Positions 36,951 to 51,100 of a stretch of 64,000 nt of DNA are shown in pieces. Location: the NCBI GenBank assembly GCA_050273025.1, contig CP158636.1:5704001-5768000 (forward strand), written 5' to 3'. Positions within the stretch are counted from its first letter, which is position 1, and each line of letters opens with the position of its first letter. Source of the stretch: Cenococcum geophilum (taxonomy: Eukaryota). Position numbers and translations under genes: made by a program. The notes under the pieces were generated by a model, which ran no database searches, was not told the DNA's origin, and saw nothing but the letters and a program-made list of their open reading frames with translations.

Positions 36951-37678
36951 TTGTATCTACATCGCCGTCCTCATTGTAGAATACCCAACAAATTGGCTTA
37001 TCCAACGCGTTCCGATCGCTAAATGCCTCGGCCTAAACATCGTCCTCTGGAGCATAACTCTCGCTCTACATGCTGTCTGCCCCAGCTTCGCCAGCCTTGT
37101 GGCTGTTCGTACGCTTCCCAGTATCTTCGAGGCCGGTGTCAGCTCTCTTCGTGCTGGGCTCAATGCGGTATAAGCGAGAGGAGCAGGCCCAGATCGTTAC
37201 GTATTGGTATATGATGAATAGTGGACAGCAGATCGTTGGTGGTCTTCTAGTATACTGCTTTTCCCTTATTCATCATGGACTATTGAAAGCTGGCAAGCCA
37301 TCTTCCTAACCTACGGATACTTCTCTATTCTCTAGAGCTGCTTCGTCTTGTAGTGGCTTCCTGGTATGTACTGTTTTACAACTGCAATTCTTCATGATCA
37401 CATAAACTGACCGGTAACTTAGACAGCCCTATGCGAGCCAAATGCTTCACAGAAGATGACAAAACTCTAATGATTGAACGCGTTCGAACCAATCAAACCA
37501 GTATCCAGAACAAAACGTTCCGCCTTGAGCGAATCAAGGAAGCTCTTCTTGACCTCTAATCCTAGTGCTATTGTGGTATTGCAATCTGTATCACACTCTC
37601 GGCCTCCGGCCTCGGGGCATTTGCAAACATCATCATCTCAGGCTTCCACTTCACTGTACTGCAGACGCAGTTACTCGA
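36951..37678 (+). pseudogene. Allantoate permease (DAL5-type MFS) internal fragment
   Basis: EYPTNWLIQRVP, WYKREEQA, DSPMRAKCF, MIERVRTNQT, AFANIII; TAG stops and frameshifts, both ends missing. Confidence 0.88.
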
Positions 37679-38344
37679 AGGTGCATTGCGGCTTTTCTTG
37701 GTGCACGCCCATCCCCTGCAAATGGGACCTCTCGTCTGAGAATAACCAAACCCGACTAATCAGCGCGGAGGTAATTGTACTGACCCCAAGAACCATTCCT
37801 TCCATTAGGGGTTTGTCAAGGTCCTTTGCACCGTCGGAACAATGCCCGTGTAGATCATACGCTCGGTGAGATGTGCAGGACCAAAGAGCACACCCAATGG
37901 GATGCAAAGGGGTGGCGTAAATATGCTGGTTTCATTGCAGTCACAACTCTTCGACAATTGGGAGGCACGTGGGCATTCACAAAAAGCATTATGACAGGCG
38001 TGGTGGAGACAGAATAGAACGACTTTCTCACCCGATTTCCAAGCAACGACATAATTAGTCTCATTGGTTTTCTCCACACTTGACCTGTTCGTGCTGTTAT
38101 TCCCGTCCACAACCGAAAATACTCCAAGCCTAGTTAAAGCTTTGCCCAAGTTACATGTGCCTCAGTCTGTAAGAACTACAGCTACCGTGCTGTCCTTCCC
38201 ATTCTCGCTGTTAAGCCTCAATTTATAGAATCTCTTAACAGCGGCTCCATTGCCTCAGAGTCTCATTGATGATGTAACTCTCTTGGACCCAATCATTTGA
38301 CTTCGTGACAATAAACCTATTTACAAATGCTGTACCTAAACTAG

Positions 38345-40470
38345 CTACTCTTCGATTTCGTTCGTGCCCTCTGCAGCCCTCGCATCTGTCTCTGTATCCT
38401 GACTATCAGGTCTTTCAGTAGTGTTAGCAGCCTTCATATCCGAGGGAAGCGGTGCTGCAATAACACCCGCAGGTGGGTGGACCTGGCCGAAGCCCTCGGC
38501 ATCCTCAGCGTCAAGTTGCATTAGATAGGTCTCCCAGATTTCGATGAGCTGGCGGGTACCCGTTAGCCGTACTCTAAGCTAGCCGGGCTACTATTAAGAG
38601 GGGAAGAAAAGTAATAGAATAGGAAGGGTAAGGCAACAAGCAGTCACATACCTCTTTCTGTGCCTCCACTGCACTCTCTAAATATGTCTCGACGCCCGAC
38701 TTGAAGTCTTCCACCTTTTCCCGCTCAAATCTCTCCAACTCAGCACGCATCAAACGACCCATATCCTCAAAGAGCAGCCGGGCCTGATGCACTCTGCGCT
38801 CTGCGTCTGCCACATCGGCGCTGAGTTGACTCAGCTTGTCTTGCTGCGATTTGCCTTGACGTAGCAATTTGTCCTGAGTTGTCTTACGCTTTTGCAGCTC
38901 CGATTCAGCTGTATGCCACGCATGGTATGCTTTTTGCCGTTGCTGGAAAGCAGTTTTGACGGACCCAATCAAGCGAATATACTCATCGATAACAATACCT
39001 AGGGTAAGGACATCCTGCTGCGCTTGACGTTCATAAAGTTCACGTATTCGGATTTGTATGTCTGAGAGGCCATCTAACGGGCCGGATAGGGAAGGAGAGA
39101 GCTCGACGGCAGCCAGGGAATGGAGCGACGCTGAGAAATCACCGCAAGCTTCCGCAAGGCCTTTGCGTTGTGCTACGACAGTGTCGGTCGCTTTGAGGAG
39201 TGCCCTGAGTTGGGCCTCGAGTGCGTCAAGGTATATTTTGCGGTCATGAAACCACTGGAAAAAGAAATCAGTCAGGCTCCATGACACACCTATGGCATAT
39301 CAGAGTTATCAGGGGCTCCTACATCGTCGTGCTCAATAAACTTCCCGCTACTTCCAACAGAGATCCCGATAGAGCCAAACATGCCCTTACTCTCCCCCAA
39401 GCCGGGATCTTTTCGCTCCTTATTCTTGATGTCAACATTAATCGCATCACTCTCGAGGAAAAGTTTTAGGTCTCCATCATGCTGTAATATGGGATGCGCT
39501 GCTGTTTTGTTGAGCATCCGCTCGAGGGCAGCCCGTCTCGACTCGACGAAATCCGCATCGAACCGACCCACGGCTTGTTTCTCAGGCGGAGGTGGTATAA
39601 TGACGCCTGGATTGTTATTATGAAGTTGGTTGTATAGCCAAAGGAAGTCTCGGTAGCGACGGGAAACTGTGAATTCCGGGTTGCGGTATCCTTTCGATGT
39701 GGTCTAATGCCACCGTACGGTTAGCGCAAGTTAAAACAGTGGTCAATACTGAACATGGCTACCTTTGTCATTACTGAGTATTCCGTGTGAGAGGTGAGGT
39801 CTCCCACTTTATGTGGATCTCCCACTGTAATTTGGAATGTGGGCTTGGCTGCCTGCTCTACGCTCACGCTAGGTTGTGTCTGCCTCTGAGGCGCATTATT
39901 ACTCGGAGGCTGTACTGGAGGTGGTATCCTTGGCCCCGATATACGCATGTCATCCTCCTCATCATCGAGATTTACCGAATCCATCATACTTCGAATTGAA
40001 GATGTTGAAGCTGCTGTAGTGGGTCGCGAGACCCGCGCAGAGGCGAGCTCCTTCTGCGGGGGCGCCGGTGGCTCATCGGGCTGTGATGGTGGAGTAGGAG
40101 CCCCTAATGGCCCTAAAGGGTCTTCCACAGCTTCTAGTCGAGTTGGTTGTGTGCCATACTGACGTCTCCTTGGCCCTCGACCTGCAGGAGATCGGGGAGC
40201 AGCAGAGACGTTGGGGACGGAGCTTGCGGTAGGTATTGAGGATTCGAGGGAATCTACAAAGTGTCAGAGCTTGTTTCGTTTTGGTAGCGCTATGGCTGCA
40301 GCTGTACCTGAAGCTCGTAGGCGGTCATCATTAGAAGCCTTAGGGAGATTTTGGCTTGAATTAGAGCGGGACGGCACGTCTGTGGCTTTGTATTAGCTAG
40401 AATTCAAGAAGAAAAGACCGATGCGATACTAACCTCCCCATGGAGAACTGCCTTCATCGCCGAGATCCAT
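38345..40470 (-). CDS. VPS5: Retromer sorting nexin (PX-BAR), multi-exon
   Basis: ITVGDPHKVGDLT, RRYRDFLWL, PPPPEKQAVGRF, ELERFEREKVEDFKSGVE. Confidence 0.93.
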
Positions 40471-40948
40471 TGTGTTTGCGAGCAGAATGTTCGTGATGGT
40501 GTTGAGGTGCGCTTCGACCGCTCACATGCGCCTAAATCTCGGTGGATTGGCGCGATTGGGTGACAAGTTTGCAATAAAATGTGGCTCGTGCGCACAAATT
40601 AAATAAAGTGCATCATTCACCGTATCACTAGAGTAGTGAGCTATCTTTGCATGCCAAAGAGCAGATTTCAAACCTTCAGTAAGGAACGGATTACAGGAGA
40701 GGCCAACCACAGGAGATAGTAGCAAAATGCATGCCGAATCCTGAGGGCCTGTCTTATTGGGTATCTAAATCTAGCTATTTAAAAATACAGAATAGACCTA
40801 TTTCGCTACCACCATCACCATCTTGCTTCATTTCTCCTCGACACGACGGGTCTGCTGTGGAAGAAACCTGTCTTGCATGAATAGAGACCTATTCTCGTCT
40901 AGCTTTATTTTTCCTCGACATGAGGAATCTGCTATAGAGGAACCTTCA

Positions 40949-40981
<33 letters not shown>
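40949..40981. repeat. (ACG)11 microsatellite
   Basis: Directly visible. Confidence 0.9.
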
Positions 40982-40982
<1 letters not shown>

Positions 40983-42124
40983 ATAGTACCCTCCACCACA
41001 GAGCTTCATGTAGGGCCTTCCTATAGAGCTTTATAGTTGTATTTGAGTTGGTAGAGGCGCTCAAGGGGCCTTTAATGGGTTTTTAGGTAAAGATTTATGT
41101 ACAGCCTTGTTTTGGTGATGGTGACGCGGATAAAATGTGGCAAGAACCACTACTCTGCTAATAAAAATAAGAGTACCCTCTGAATCGCCTTGATGAGCTG
41201 ATAAACGTAACGTCGAGCTTTTATTAATAAATGCGCTGGTTAGTGGTAGAGTTAATGATTTGTGTGTTTGCACCACCAGAATCACGTGTGAGGCTGTTTT
41301 CCAGCACTTTATAATTTTCCTTATACAAATCAATAAATTGCTCATCCCTTGACCCGTCAATTCGCGCCCAACGGTTATCGATAAGAACTAGCCAATCAAT
41401 CGAGCTGAATTTAACGCCCGTACTGAGGAATATAAAGCTTTTGGTTATATAGTAATTTGATATACACGCCTAATTTTGGGAGTTAAGTCGCCCGGCGTAA
41501 GGTTTCTAGCACTTATCCTTCCTGTAGAACCGTATTTTGCATTGTAGTAGGTAATTAATTGATAGAATCTATATAGATACACGCGTTGTTTAAAACTGGT
41601 GTTTGCGCACGGACCACTTACCCATTGGACGCTGACGGGTCAAGGGACAACGGTAGCTAGAAACGCTTCTACAATTTCGTTGATTAGAGGGGACCTGATA
41701 TTTTATAGATATCGGGTCTATATTAGCCTATCCCTTGCATTGATAGTGTACTTAGAGGTGTGGCCCGTGCACGCGATCAAAGAATATCAACTTCCTCACG
41801 TCGAGTGGAGAATAGATAACTTTATCAATTAATTACCACCATAATGGTTCGTAACTACATTTCTATTGATATAGATCTTGTACAGCCTACTCAATATCCT
41901 ACTTCCAAAAGGGTCGCAAAGAGGGTCGCGAAAAAGCCACCGCCAACCCCCGGACCACGAGGCCTTGGTTATCTGGCAGAGTGGTTGACCGCCTGCGTAT
42001 GCAGATTCCTGATTGGTGCGCACGGAGCACAGCTCTCAGGACGCGTTTATCAATGCAAGGGATAACCTATAGAATCAACTTTTTAACAAAAAGGTTAGTG
42101 ATATCCGCCTGCGGGTATACGTAT

Positions 42125-45100
42125 TGTCACGGCACTGACCTGACGCATACTGTTTCATACTGTCTCGTACTGTTCCCTACTGTTGGCTGGCCCACCACTA
42201 GCGACTTGGCGGCCGGCCCTACTATTTATATACAATACCCCCTTTCCACCTTCTTCCCCTCTTTATACCACAACGTAGTTATTTAGTCTACTTTATTACA
42301 GCACTATGACAGTTTATGGTATCTTTAATTTGCGCCCTATCGCAATCACTAATTCCCCGTACCCTAGCTAATTAACCTCCGCCCTAGAGCAATCGCGACC
42401 TACGCGCGCCTCTGCTAAAACCAATATATCCCTAGCATAGTCCTAGAATAATCCTTAGTTTTTACCTAGCGCCTAAATAGGCGACACTAACGACGCCAAA
42501 ATAGCCAAAACCTAGAACCCCTGCGACGTTTTTGTAGACCTATTTACAGAGACATACCCTAATATCGCGTAGATAATCCGCCGCTTCCTACTATACCCTA
42601 AGACCTTTAAGCCTAGCAAAGCTTACCTTACCCTTGTTAACTATACTAATAAGTTCCTTAATAACATTAAAGTAGGACTATAGTATATATATAATATAAA
42701 TACCGCCAATAAAAAAGCTAACGAAAACCTTAGTACCCTTATCGCTTTCTAAATAGGAACTATTAACTCCTAGGTAGAGACTATTACCGTTCTAAAATAA
42801 TTAACCCCTATAATAATAGTAGTAACCTAGCAGAAAAAACGGAGATCTAAAGACCCGCTAATATTTAGCGGAAAAGGTACCCCGCTAGAATAATAAGCTA
42901 ATTTTAAGACCTGGTATATTAAGATTAAGGGAGTCTTTAACTAGGACTGGGACTACTTTAACATAGTTTAGTCCCAGATCCTTTATATCTTAAATATACT
43001 AAAGGATAAGGCCTATAAGTTTATTAAGTAGGGCCTAGAGCTTATATATAAGAACCTAAATAACATATCTATATAGAAATGGCCTACTAAGGAAGATATA
43101 CTTAAAGACCTTACTACCTACTATAAGGTCCTTAATATAACCTAGGTTGCAAAGAATAAGCTTAACCATTTCCCCTAAGGCAAGCGTAATTACTAGTCTT
43201 AGAAGGGAGAGCTTAATAAGCTAATAGTCCGCGCTAAGAAGATAGATAAATAGAAGGTAGACCTACTCTAAAAGTTTATTTCTCTAAAGATAGAAGAGCT
43301 AGTACTTAAACTGGCCTATAAAATCAATAATAGCGACTATATAGGTTAGAGTAAGTAGATAGATATATTTACTAAAAACCTCGCGAACTATGTATACTAA
43401 GCTAACCTTAAAAAGAACGCTAACTACTACCTACCTACCTAAGCCCCTGCCCCTATATTAACCCTAACCCTAGCAGTAACTAGAAAACCTATAAACCTTA
43501 ATAAAATCTTAAATACGGAGCGCAAGCGCCGCATTAATAATAGACTATACCTTACTTATAGCCTACCCGGCTATTAAAAGGATGCCTATAACCCCGCTAA
43601 GATAGTAAACCTAGTTCTAATACTACCTATTACAGCACTGGCAGAACCTAGCAGAACTTAGCAGAACTTAGCAGAACTTCGCGGTTACGTGACTAGAAGA
43701 CCGTATAAAAAGAACCCTACTTTAACTAGCGCTGCTCTTCTTCTCCTTTCCTTTCTCTAGCTTTAGATCCTTGTTTATAGACTACCAATCATATAGGCTT
43801 ACGCGCCCCTCTTACCGTACTTGTGCCTTAATTAACTAAGTCGCTAACATTATCTAAAGCTTAACTACCCTTTCTTCCTAAGAAGGAACTTAAATATATT
43901 TATAAACTACGAACTAGAATAGAACATAGAATTAGACCTAAAGAATATTACTAGAACTAAAAGAATAGAAAAGAATAATAAGACCTATAGAATATGCATA
44001 GACCAGAACCCCTATAGAATCCTACTAAAGGTTACCCTAATAACTATACCACGATGCTAAGAAATACAGTAGCTGGTAAAGCAGCCGTAGGACCCTTAAA
44101 TACCTCTAATAGTAAAACAGTAACTAACTTAAACTCCTAAGTGGAGCTCGCAGCAGCCAATGCTGAAATTAAACGACTTTGAGAGCTGCTTAAAGCCAGA
44201 GAACCCCCTACGCCTAGTGAGGAATTATTAGACACCTAGAGACTTGCTACGGTCCTTAAAGCTCTAGCCTAATATATAGTATTAGCATCGTCGCGGTCTA
44301 TAAAGGTCGTGGACCCCCTATTGCTTATAGACGGAACCAACCCTATATTTAATAATTGGAAGCTTTAATTGCAGGATAAGCTTAAAGTTAATGCGGACCA
44401 CTTCCCTACTACTTAGGCTAAAATGGCCTACGTCTTTGGCCGTACCGGTGGGGACGTATAGACGCACCTATGTCCGCGGTACGTATAGGACTTAGTAGAG
44501 CCCTTCCTCTCTAAAGAAGAGATAATTGTTTACCTGTCTTCTATTTATAAGGACCCCTTTAAAGTATAAAACGCCCGACTTGATTATAAAAGCCTAAATA
44601 TGAAAACGATAGAGACTTTCTCGGCCTTTTAGACCCGCTTTTTATACCTAGCCGGCTAGGCTTAAATTCCCTAGGAAGATCTAATGCTAGACCTATTTAA
44701 TAAGCTTACCCTAGACCTATAGCGAGCTGTACTGCTAGTTTTTACTACTATATAGACGCTAAAGGAACTTATAGACTAGTGCTTAGCTATTAACTAAGGC
44801 CTCCGCCGAATTAAGGCATGCGCCGAACGGTATAAAGCTAGAAACCCTTTAAATCAGACCATAAGCAATATAAGAATAGCCTGTAATGCCCCGGCACGAT
44901 CGGCAACCCCTATAGCACCACCCGTATAGCCTATCGCTAATTTAGCAGCTAGCTATACGGCCAGCCCTGCTATAGGTCTAGCGAATGCTCGGCCTATATA
45001 TAGTAACCCCTATATATAGGCCCTTAGTAATTAAGGAGCTTGCTTCTCTTGCGGATAGAAAGGTTACTGTATAAAGGATTACCTAATAAACGCGAAAGCG

Positions 45101-48100
45101 GACGAGGTTTTATTAATCTAGGAGGATAGCGCGGAGTCGGAAAAAGAGAAACCTTAGAGGAAGACTTTTCTCTAGGGTTAAAAGGGATCGATATGTTAGA
45201 TGTTGATCTAGGTTAGCTAGTTGGTAGAAGAAGCTGCACTATCCCTTATACTTTATTCCGCAATAGATACTAAGTTTTAACCTCTACTTTAGCTAACTCT
45301 AAAGTAAATACCTTCGCCTTAATAGACACCCAGTATGCCGTAAAGCTGGCTAACTTTCTAAATATACCTATTAAAGAACTGCCTAAACCAATTCCTATTT
45401 GCGGGTATAATAGGCGGATAGGACCACCTATTACGACTATCTTGTGGATTTACCTCCGTGTTAACGGACGAAGGTAGTATAACGCCCCCTTCCTTATTAC
45501 GGACCTAGGTAGCTATAATATAATCTTAGGGCGAAAATAGCTAGCCTATTTAGGCTTATAGCTTAATATATGGAGTAGACGGCTTACCTAGCCCGAAATC
45601 CTACCCTTAACCCCTTCCTTTATAAAAGAAATTAGTATTATAATAGAAAACCTTATACGGCCCTAGATTAATACTATTTACTAGGCCGATGCTATGCGTA
45701 GGGACTAGGCCTTTAAGAAAGATATATAGCTTAATTCGCAACGGATTTGTATACTATGTCGCCCCTAAACTACCTATGTTACGCTACCCGCATTAAAGAC
45801 CTAGGAAGTTAGTAGTAACCTAAAAAAGCCCCCTATGGAGAGCTTAGGCCCTATATAGCTACGAAGAATAGCAAGGGACGTTGGACGTTATACTGAACTA
45901 ATAGATTAGAGGGATAATCTATGGAAGATAGAATAGGAGCTAAGAAAGATTATAAACCCTAGACCGTAAAATACGGTCTAGAAAATAGCTGTAAGGAAAC
46001 TAGCGGACCTCCTACTAGTTAATATCTGCTATATTAGTGCCGTAGGATTCTACTAGAACTTAGTTTAGCCTAATACCGTCGCCTTTATAACGAGCTTATA
46101 CAAAATTAATTAAATAATTAAGGAAAAGGGAAATAAGCTTAGTGGATAAGAAAGCGAGCTTATGGATAAGGAACTAGTAGAACAAAAGCTGCCCTATTAA
46201 CACTAGAAATTTAAGGATATATTCTCTAAAGCAGCGTCTAATATACTTCTACCTTACCAACCGTATAACTATAAGATTAAGATTAAGCAGGGCAAAGAAA
46301 ATACCCTTAGCTTTAGCCCCCTCTATAAGCAGTCTATTACCGAATTATAGGCCATAAAGTAGTATCTTATTAATAACCTAAATAAGGGCTTTATTAAGCC
46401 TAGCTAAGCCCCTTTTGCCTTGCCTATTCTCTTTATTAAAAAGCCAAATAGAGGACTTCGCTTCTGTATTAACTACTATAAGCTAAATAATATAACCCGC
46501 AAGGATCGCTATCCGCTGCCCCTACTTAATAAGACTCTGGCCCGAATAAGTAGAGCTAAGGTCTTTATAAAGCTTGATATCCGCTAGGCCTTTTACTAAA
46601 TTAGGATGGACCCTGGGTCTAAAGATCTTATTACGTTTTAGACTTGTTACGGAACGTATAAATGTAAAGTACTCCCTTTTAGACTGACTAACGGACTAGC
46701 TATGTACCAGCGGTATATAAATGATATACTCTTTAACTACCTTAACAATTTCTATACGGCCTATTTAGATAATATTATAATCTACTCTAAGAATAAGCTG
46801 GAATATAAGGAGTATGTCTATAAAGTCCTATAACGGCTCCGCGAGGCTAGCCTCTAGGTTAATATTAAAAAGTTAGAGTTTAGTGTTAAGCGTATAAAGT
46901 ACCTAGGTTTTATTATTAGTACGGACGGAATTAAAACCGACCTAAAGAAAACGGCTGTAATTAACTAGTGGACACCCCTACGGACTATAAAGGGGGTATA
47001 ATCCTTTTTAGGGTTTTATAACTTCTACCGACGCTTTATTAAGAACTATAGTAGAATTGCCTGGCCTCTTAACCGTCTTACTAAAAAAGACTAGCCCTTC
47101 TACTTTAACGCCATATATAGGCAGGCCTTTAATAAGCTTAAGAAACGGCTGGTATCGGCTCCCTTACTTACCCATTTTAACCCAGAACGGCCCTTAATGC
47201 TAAAAACTAATGCCTTAGATAGCGTGATAGCTGGTGTTTTTTCCTAGAAGCAACTGGACGGAGAGTAGTACCCTATTATATACTATTTAAAGACTATAAT
47301 AGATGCCGAGCTAAATTACTACATCCATAATAAAGAAATGCTAGCTATTATCTCTAGCTTTTAGCACTAGCGTGTATAGCTAGAGGGGACCCCTAAGCCG
47401 ATTAAGGTAGTTTTAGATTATAAGGCCCTAGAATACTTTATAATAACTAAGGCCCTTACGGCCTAGTAGGCACGCTAGGTGGATACCCTATCTTAGTTTA
47501 ACTTCTTAATTATATATAGACTAGGCGCTATAAACCGTACGGACGCTCTTATAAGGCGTAAGCAAGACCTAGATAACTAGACGGCTGCGAAGATCTTACT
47601 ATGGACCTAGACGCTACTATAACTAGAATACCTTAACCCCTAGATACGGGCAGAACTAAGTATAGACTTCTTAGGCGCCGAGATATGTCCTATTAACTCC
47701 TCTAAACTTAACCTTATTAATAAACTACTACAGGCCAACTAAATAACCCCCTCTCTATAGGAATACCGTAAAAAGGCAAAGAATGTTACTAGCCTATGGT
47801 CCCTTAAAAACGGACTACTTAAGCACTAGGAACGGCTAGTAGTAGTTAAGGAATAAAACTTACGGACCCGGCTTATTGCTAAAGCTTATGTTTAGGTCTC
47901 TACGGCCTACCCTAGAAAAAATAAGACCTGTAAGATTATTGGTAACCGCTACTACTAGCCCGGAATAATTATAGATATTAACCGTTATATACGGAACTGT
48001 AACAGCTGCCGTAGATCTATAATTCCATGAGATAAAACCCTAGGACTATTAAAACCTCTTCTAATACCTAACCGCCCCTAGTAGTATATCTCTATAGACT

Positions 48101-51100
48101 TCTATAAGCTACTAATAGACCGCGACGGATATAATATGGTTATAATTCTAGTTAACTGCTTTAGCAAGCGCCTGTTTTTAATTCCCTGTTATAAGAATAT
48201 TAATGCTAAGGAGGCGGCCTAACTATATATCTATTATGTCTACCGCATTTACGGACTACCAGATACTATTATATCCGATTATAGCCCGTAATTTATATCG
48301 GCCTTCTAGAACGAGTTTACCCGGATCCTAGGTATTAGGCTAAAGCTCTCTATAGCATATTACCCCTAAATAGACGGCCAGACGGAGATTATAAATCAAT
48401 ATTTAGATTAGAGACTCCGGCCTTTTATTAACTACTTTTAGGATAACTAGGGCGAACTACTACCCCTAATAGACTACGCCTAGGCGACCCTACCCTATAA
48501 CTCTACGGGATTTGCACCTATCTAACTAGAAATAGGGTATTTACCCTAAATAAGCTTTAACTGGGATAGACTAGAAGGACCACGGACCGTATATAAGAAA
48601 CTGTTTTATAAGAAAGCCTAGCAGTACGCTAAGCGCTTAGAGAAAGCCTAAACGGTAGCCTATATAAATCTAGAAAAGGCCTAAAAATTAATAGAATAGC
48701 AGGCAAATAAGTATAGGCGCGAACCCGACTTTACTATAGGCGATATAGTCTAGGTTATAACAAAGAACTAAAAGACGGAACGGCCTAGCTGTAAGCTAGA
48801 CTATTAGATAGCGGGACCGTATAAGGTCCTTAAGAAGATAGGTAACTCGTATAAAGTAAAGCTCCCGGATTCGATTAAGGTTTACCCTATTTTCTTGCCG
48901 GATAAGCTACAGAAAGCTATAAATAACTTATTGCCTAGACAAAAGAACGAACCTCCCCTACTAATTTAAGTCAATAGCGACAACGAATGGGAAATTAAAG
49001 AAGTACTAGCCTGTAAACTAGTAAGGAAAACGCTAAAGTACCGCGTTAGTTGGAAAGGTTATAACCTAGATCCTACCTAGTACCCTATATAGAACTTTAT
49101 TAGCAGTCCCTATAAGCTTTAAAAATTCTATAACTGCTACCCTAATAAACCAGGACCCCTAAAGTACCTAGACGAGTAGATAGAGTGCTAGTATAGCGAA
49201 GACAATAAGCTACCGGAAGAATATAAAGATAAGAACGCCCTATAAGTATAATACGGACTATAAAGCCTAAGGGCAGGCTTTTGCGGAGGGGGGGGTAATA
49301 TTACGGCACTGGCAGAACCTGGCAGAACTTGGCAGAACTTGGTAGAACTTCGCGGTCACGTGACTAGAAGACCGCATAAAAAGAACCCTACTTCAACTAG
49401 CGCTGCTCTTCTTCTCCTTTCCTTTCTCTAGCTTTAGATCCTCGTTTATAGACTACCAATCGTACAGGCTTGCGCGCCCCTCTTGCCGTGCTCGTGCCTC
49501 GATTAACTGAGTCGCTAACACTACCCCGTTAAATAACGTAAATAAATAACCGTGGATACAGCGACTGTAGAGTCTATTATAGACGCGGTAACCACGGAGC
49601 CTATTATAGCCGCGGCGGATAACCCCCCCCCTTTAACCTTATAGCTTAGTTACTCTAAACTATGCCCTATATAGGAGCCTAACCCGTTAATAACGCCTAA
49701 TATTAGCGACTTCACGCTAGCGAATATAAATACGGCCACGTTGTCGGCGAGGTATTGTCTTCTTATACCCCAACTAAAATAGAAACAGATACCGCCAGCC
49801 AGACGGACACTAGACCGCCCTACTAAAACAGCCCTATACCCTAGTTATTAAAAGGTAAACCCTTAGACTAAGTTACGCCTAAGGGTCTAAACCATATAAG
49901 GAGGAAGACGAGAAGATTAGGTCCCTATTATTAGATTAATTAGTCCTTTCTATTAGTAAACTACTACTTAATCTTAGATTAGCAAATAGTAATAAGAAAT
50001 TAATCCTTATTTAAACCTAACTCTCCTTATTATATAACCTATACCCCTAAGTTTATATCAATATAATAAGCCTAGTAGACTCTAGTAGTACTATAATAGC
50101 ATTTGCTAACGTAGAGTCTATTATAAGAAAGTATAACGTTATAATTAAGAAGCTGCTAGTACCTAGGCCACTACGCCTTGCAAATAGTATCCTAACTTCG
50201 CTTATTATAGACTACTTTACCGCCTAAATATTAATCGGCCTCCATACTAAAGCTATACTCTTTTTTATTACTAAACTCTCGCCCACTACCCTAATTATCC
50301 TAGGTATGCCCTAGCTTTAGAAGTACGAGCCCCGTCCCAGCTTTAGGAAACTTAAGATCCGCTTTAACTTAGACTACTACTTTAGGCACTACCTCCCGTA
50401 GGGGATAGCCGACGTTAGTAGGGACGCCCTATATAGACACTTAGCACTACTAAGCCTAGTGCCTAGGACTATATATAAAGCCCTAATAGTAGAAGACGTT
50501 CCTAATAAAGGGGAGCCTATATAGCTGCAAAGAAACAAGATAGTAAAAGACTGGACTAACCTAGCACTTAAGACTAAAATAATAGGCCAGCCAGCCCTAC
50601 TAAGACTAAAGAAGAAGGTCCGCTTTGCGCCGCCACTACTAAGAAACCAATCCCAACCTAGGCACTATTTAAACCCTAGCCGCCTAGCCTAATACTTAGA
50701 ACTAAGCCATATGCTATATACGTATACTATAGCTCGCGTTATAGTAAGGACTAGTTATAAAACTACTAAGACCCAGATAATAGAAACCGCGCTACTATAA
50801 CGCCTAACCTTATACCTATCTCCCACGCGTACCGTATAGGGCCGCCGCCTTATTTCCGCCCCCCTAGGCCAACCAAGCCGTGCTAGCCTAGCTATAGCAC
50901 TAGAGAGCTAGATACACCCCAACCTAAACAATATTAAATACACCCGTACTATTAATTTTACCTAGTTCTATAAATAAAAAGATATAAAGGTAATAAGGAT
51001 CTATATAGCAGAGCTAGTAGAACTGGTTAAATAAGATAAGCACTAATAGCTACTTAAAGAGCTGCCTATAGGCCTAATAGAAGTACCAAACCTATTAAAA

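Noticed and set aside
41599..42124. Short ORFs left of the Gypsy insertion
   Set aside because: No motif and no convincing continuation after 54897
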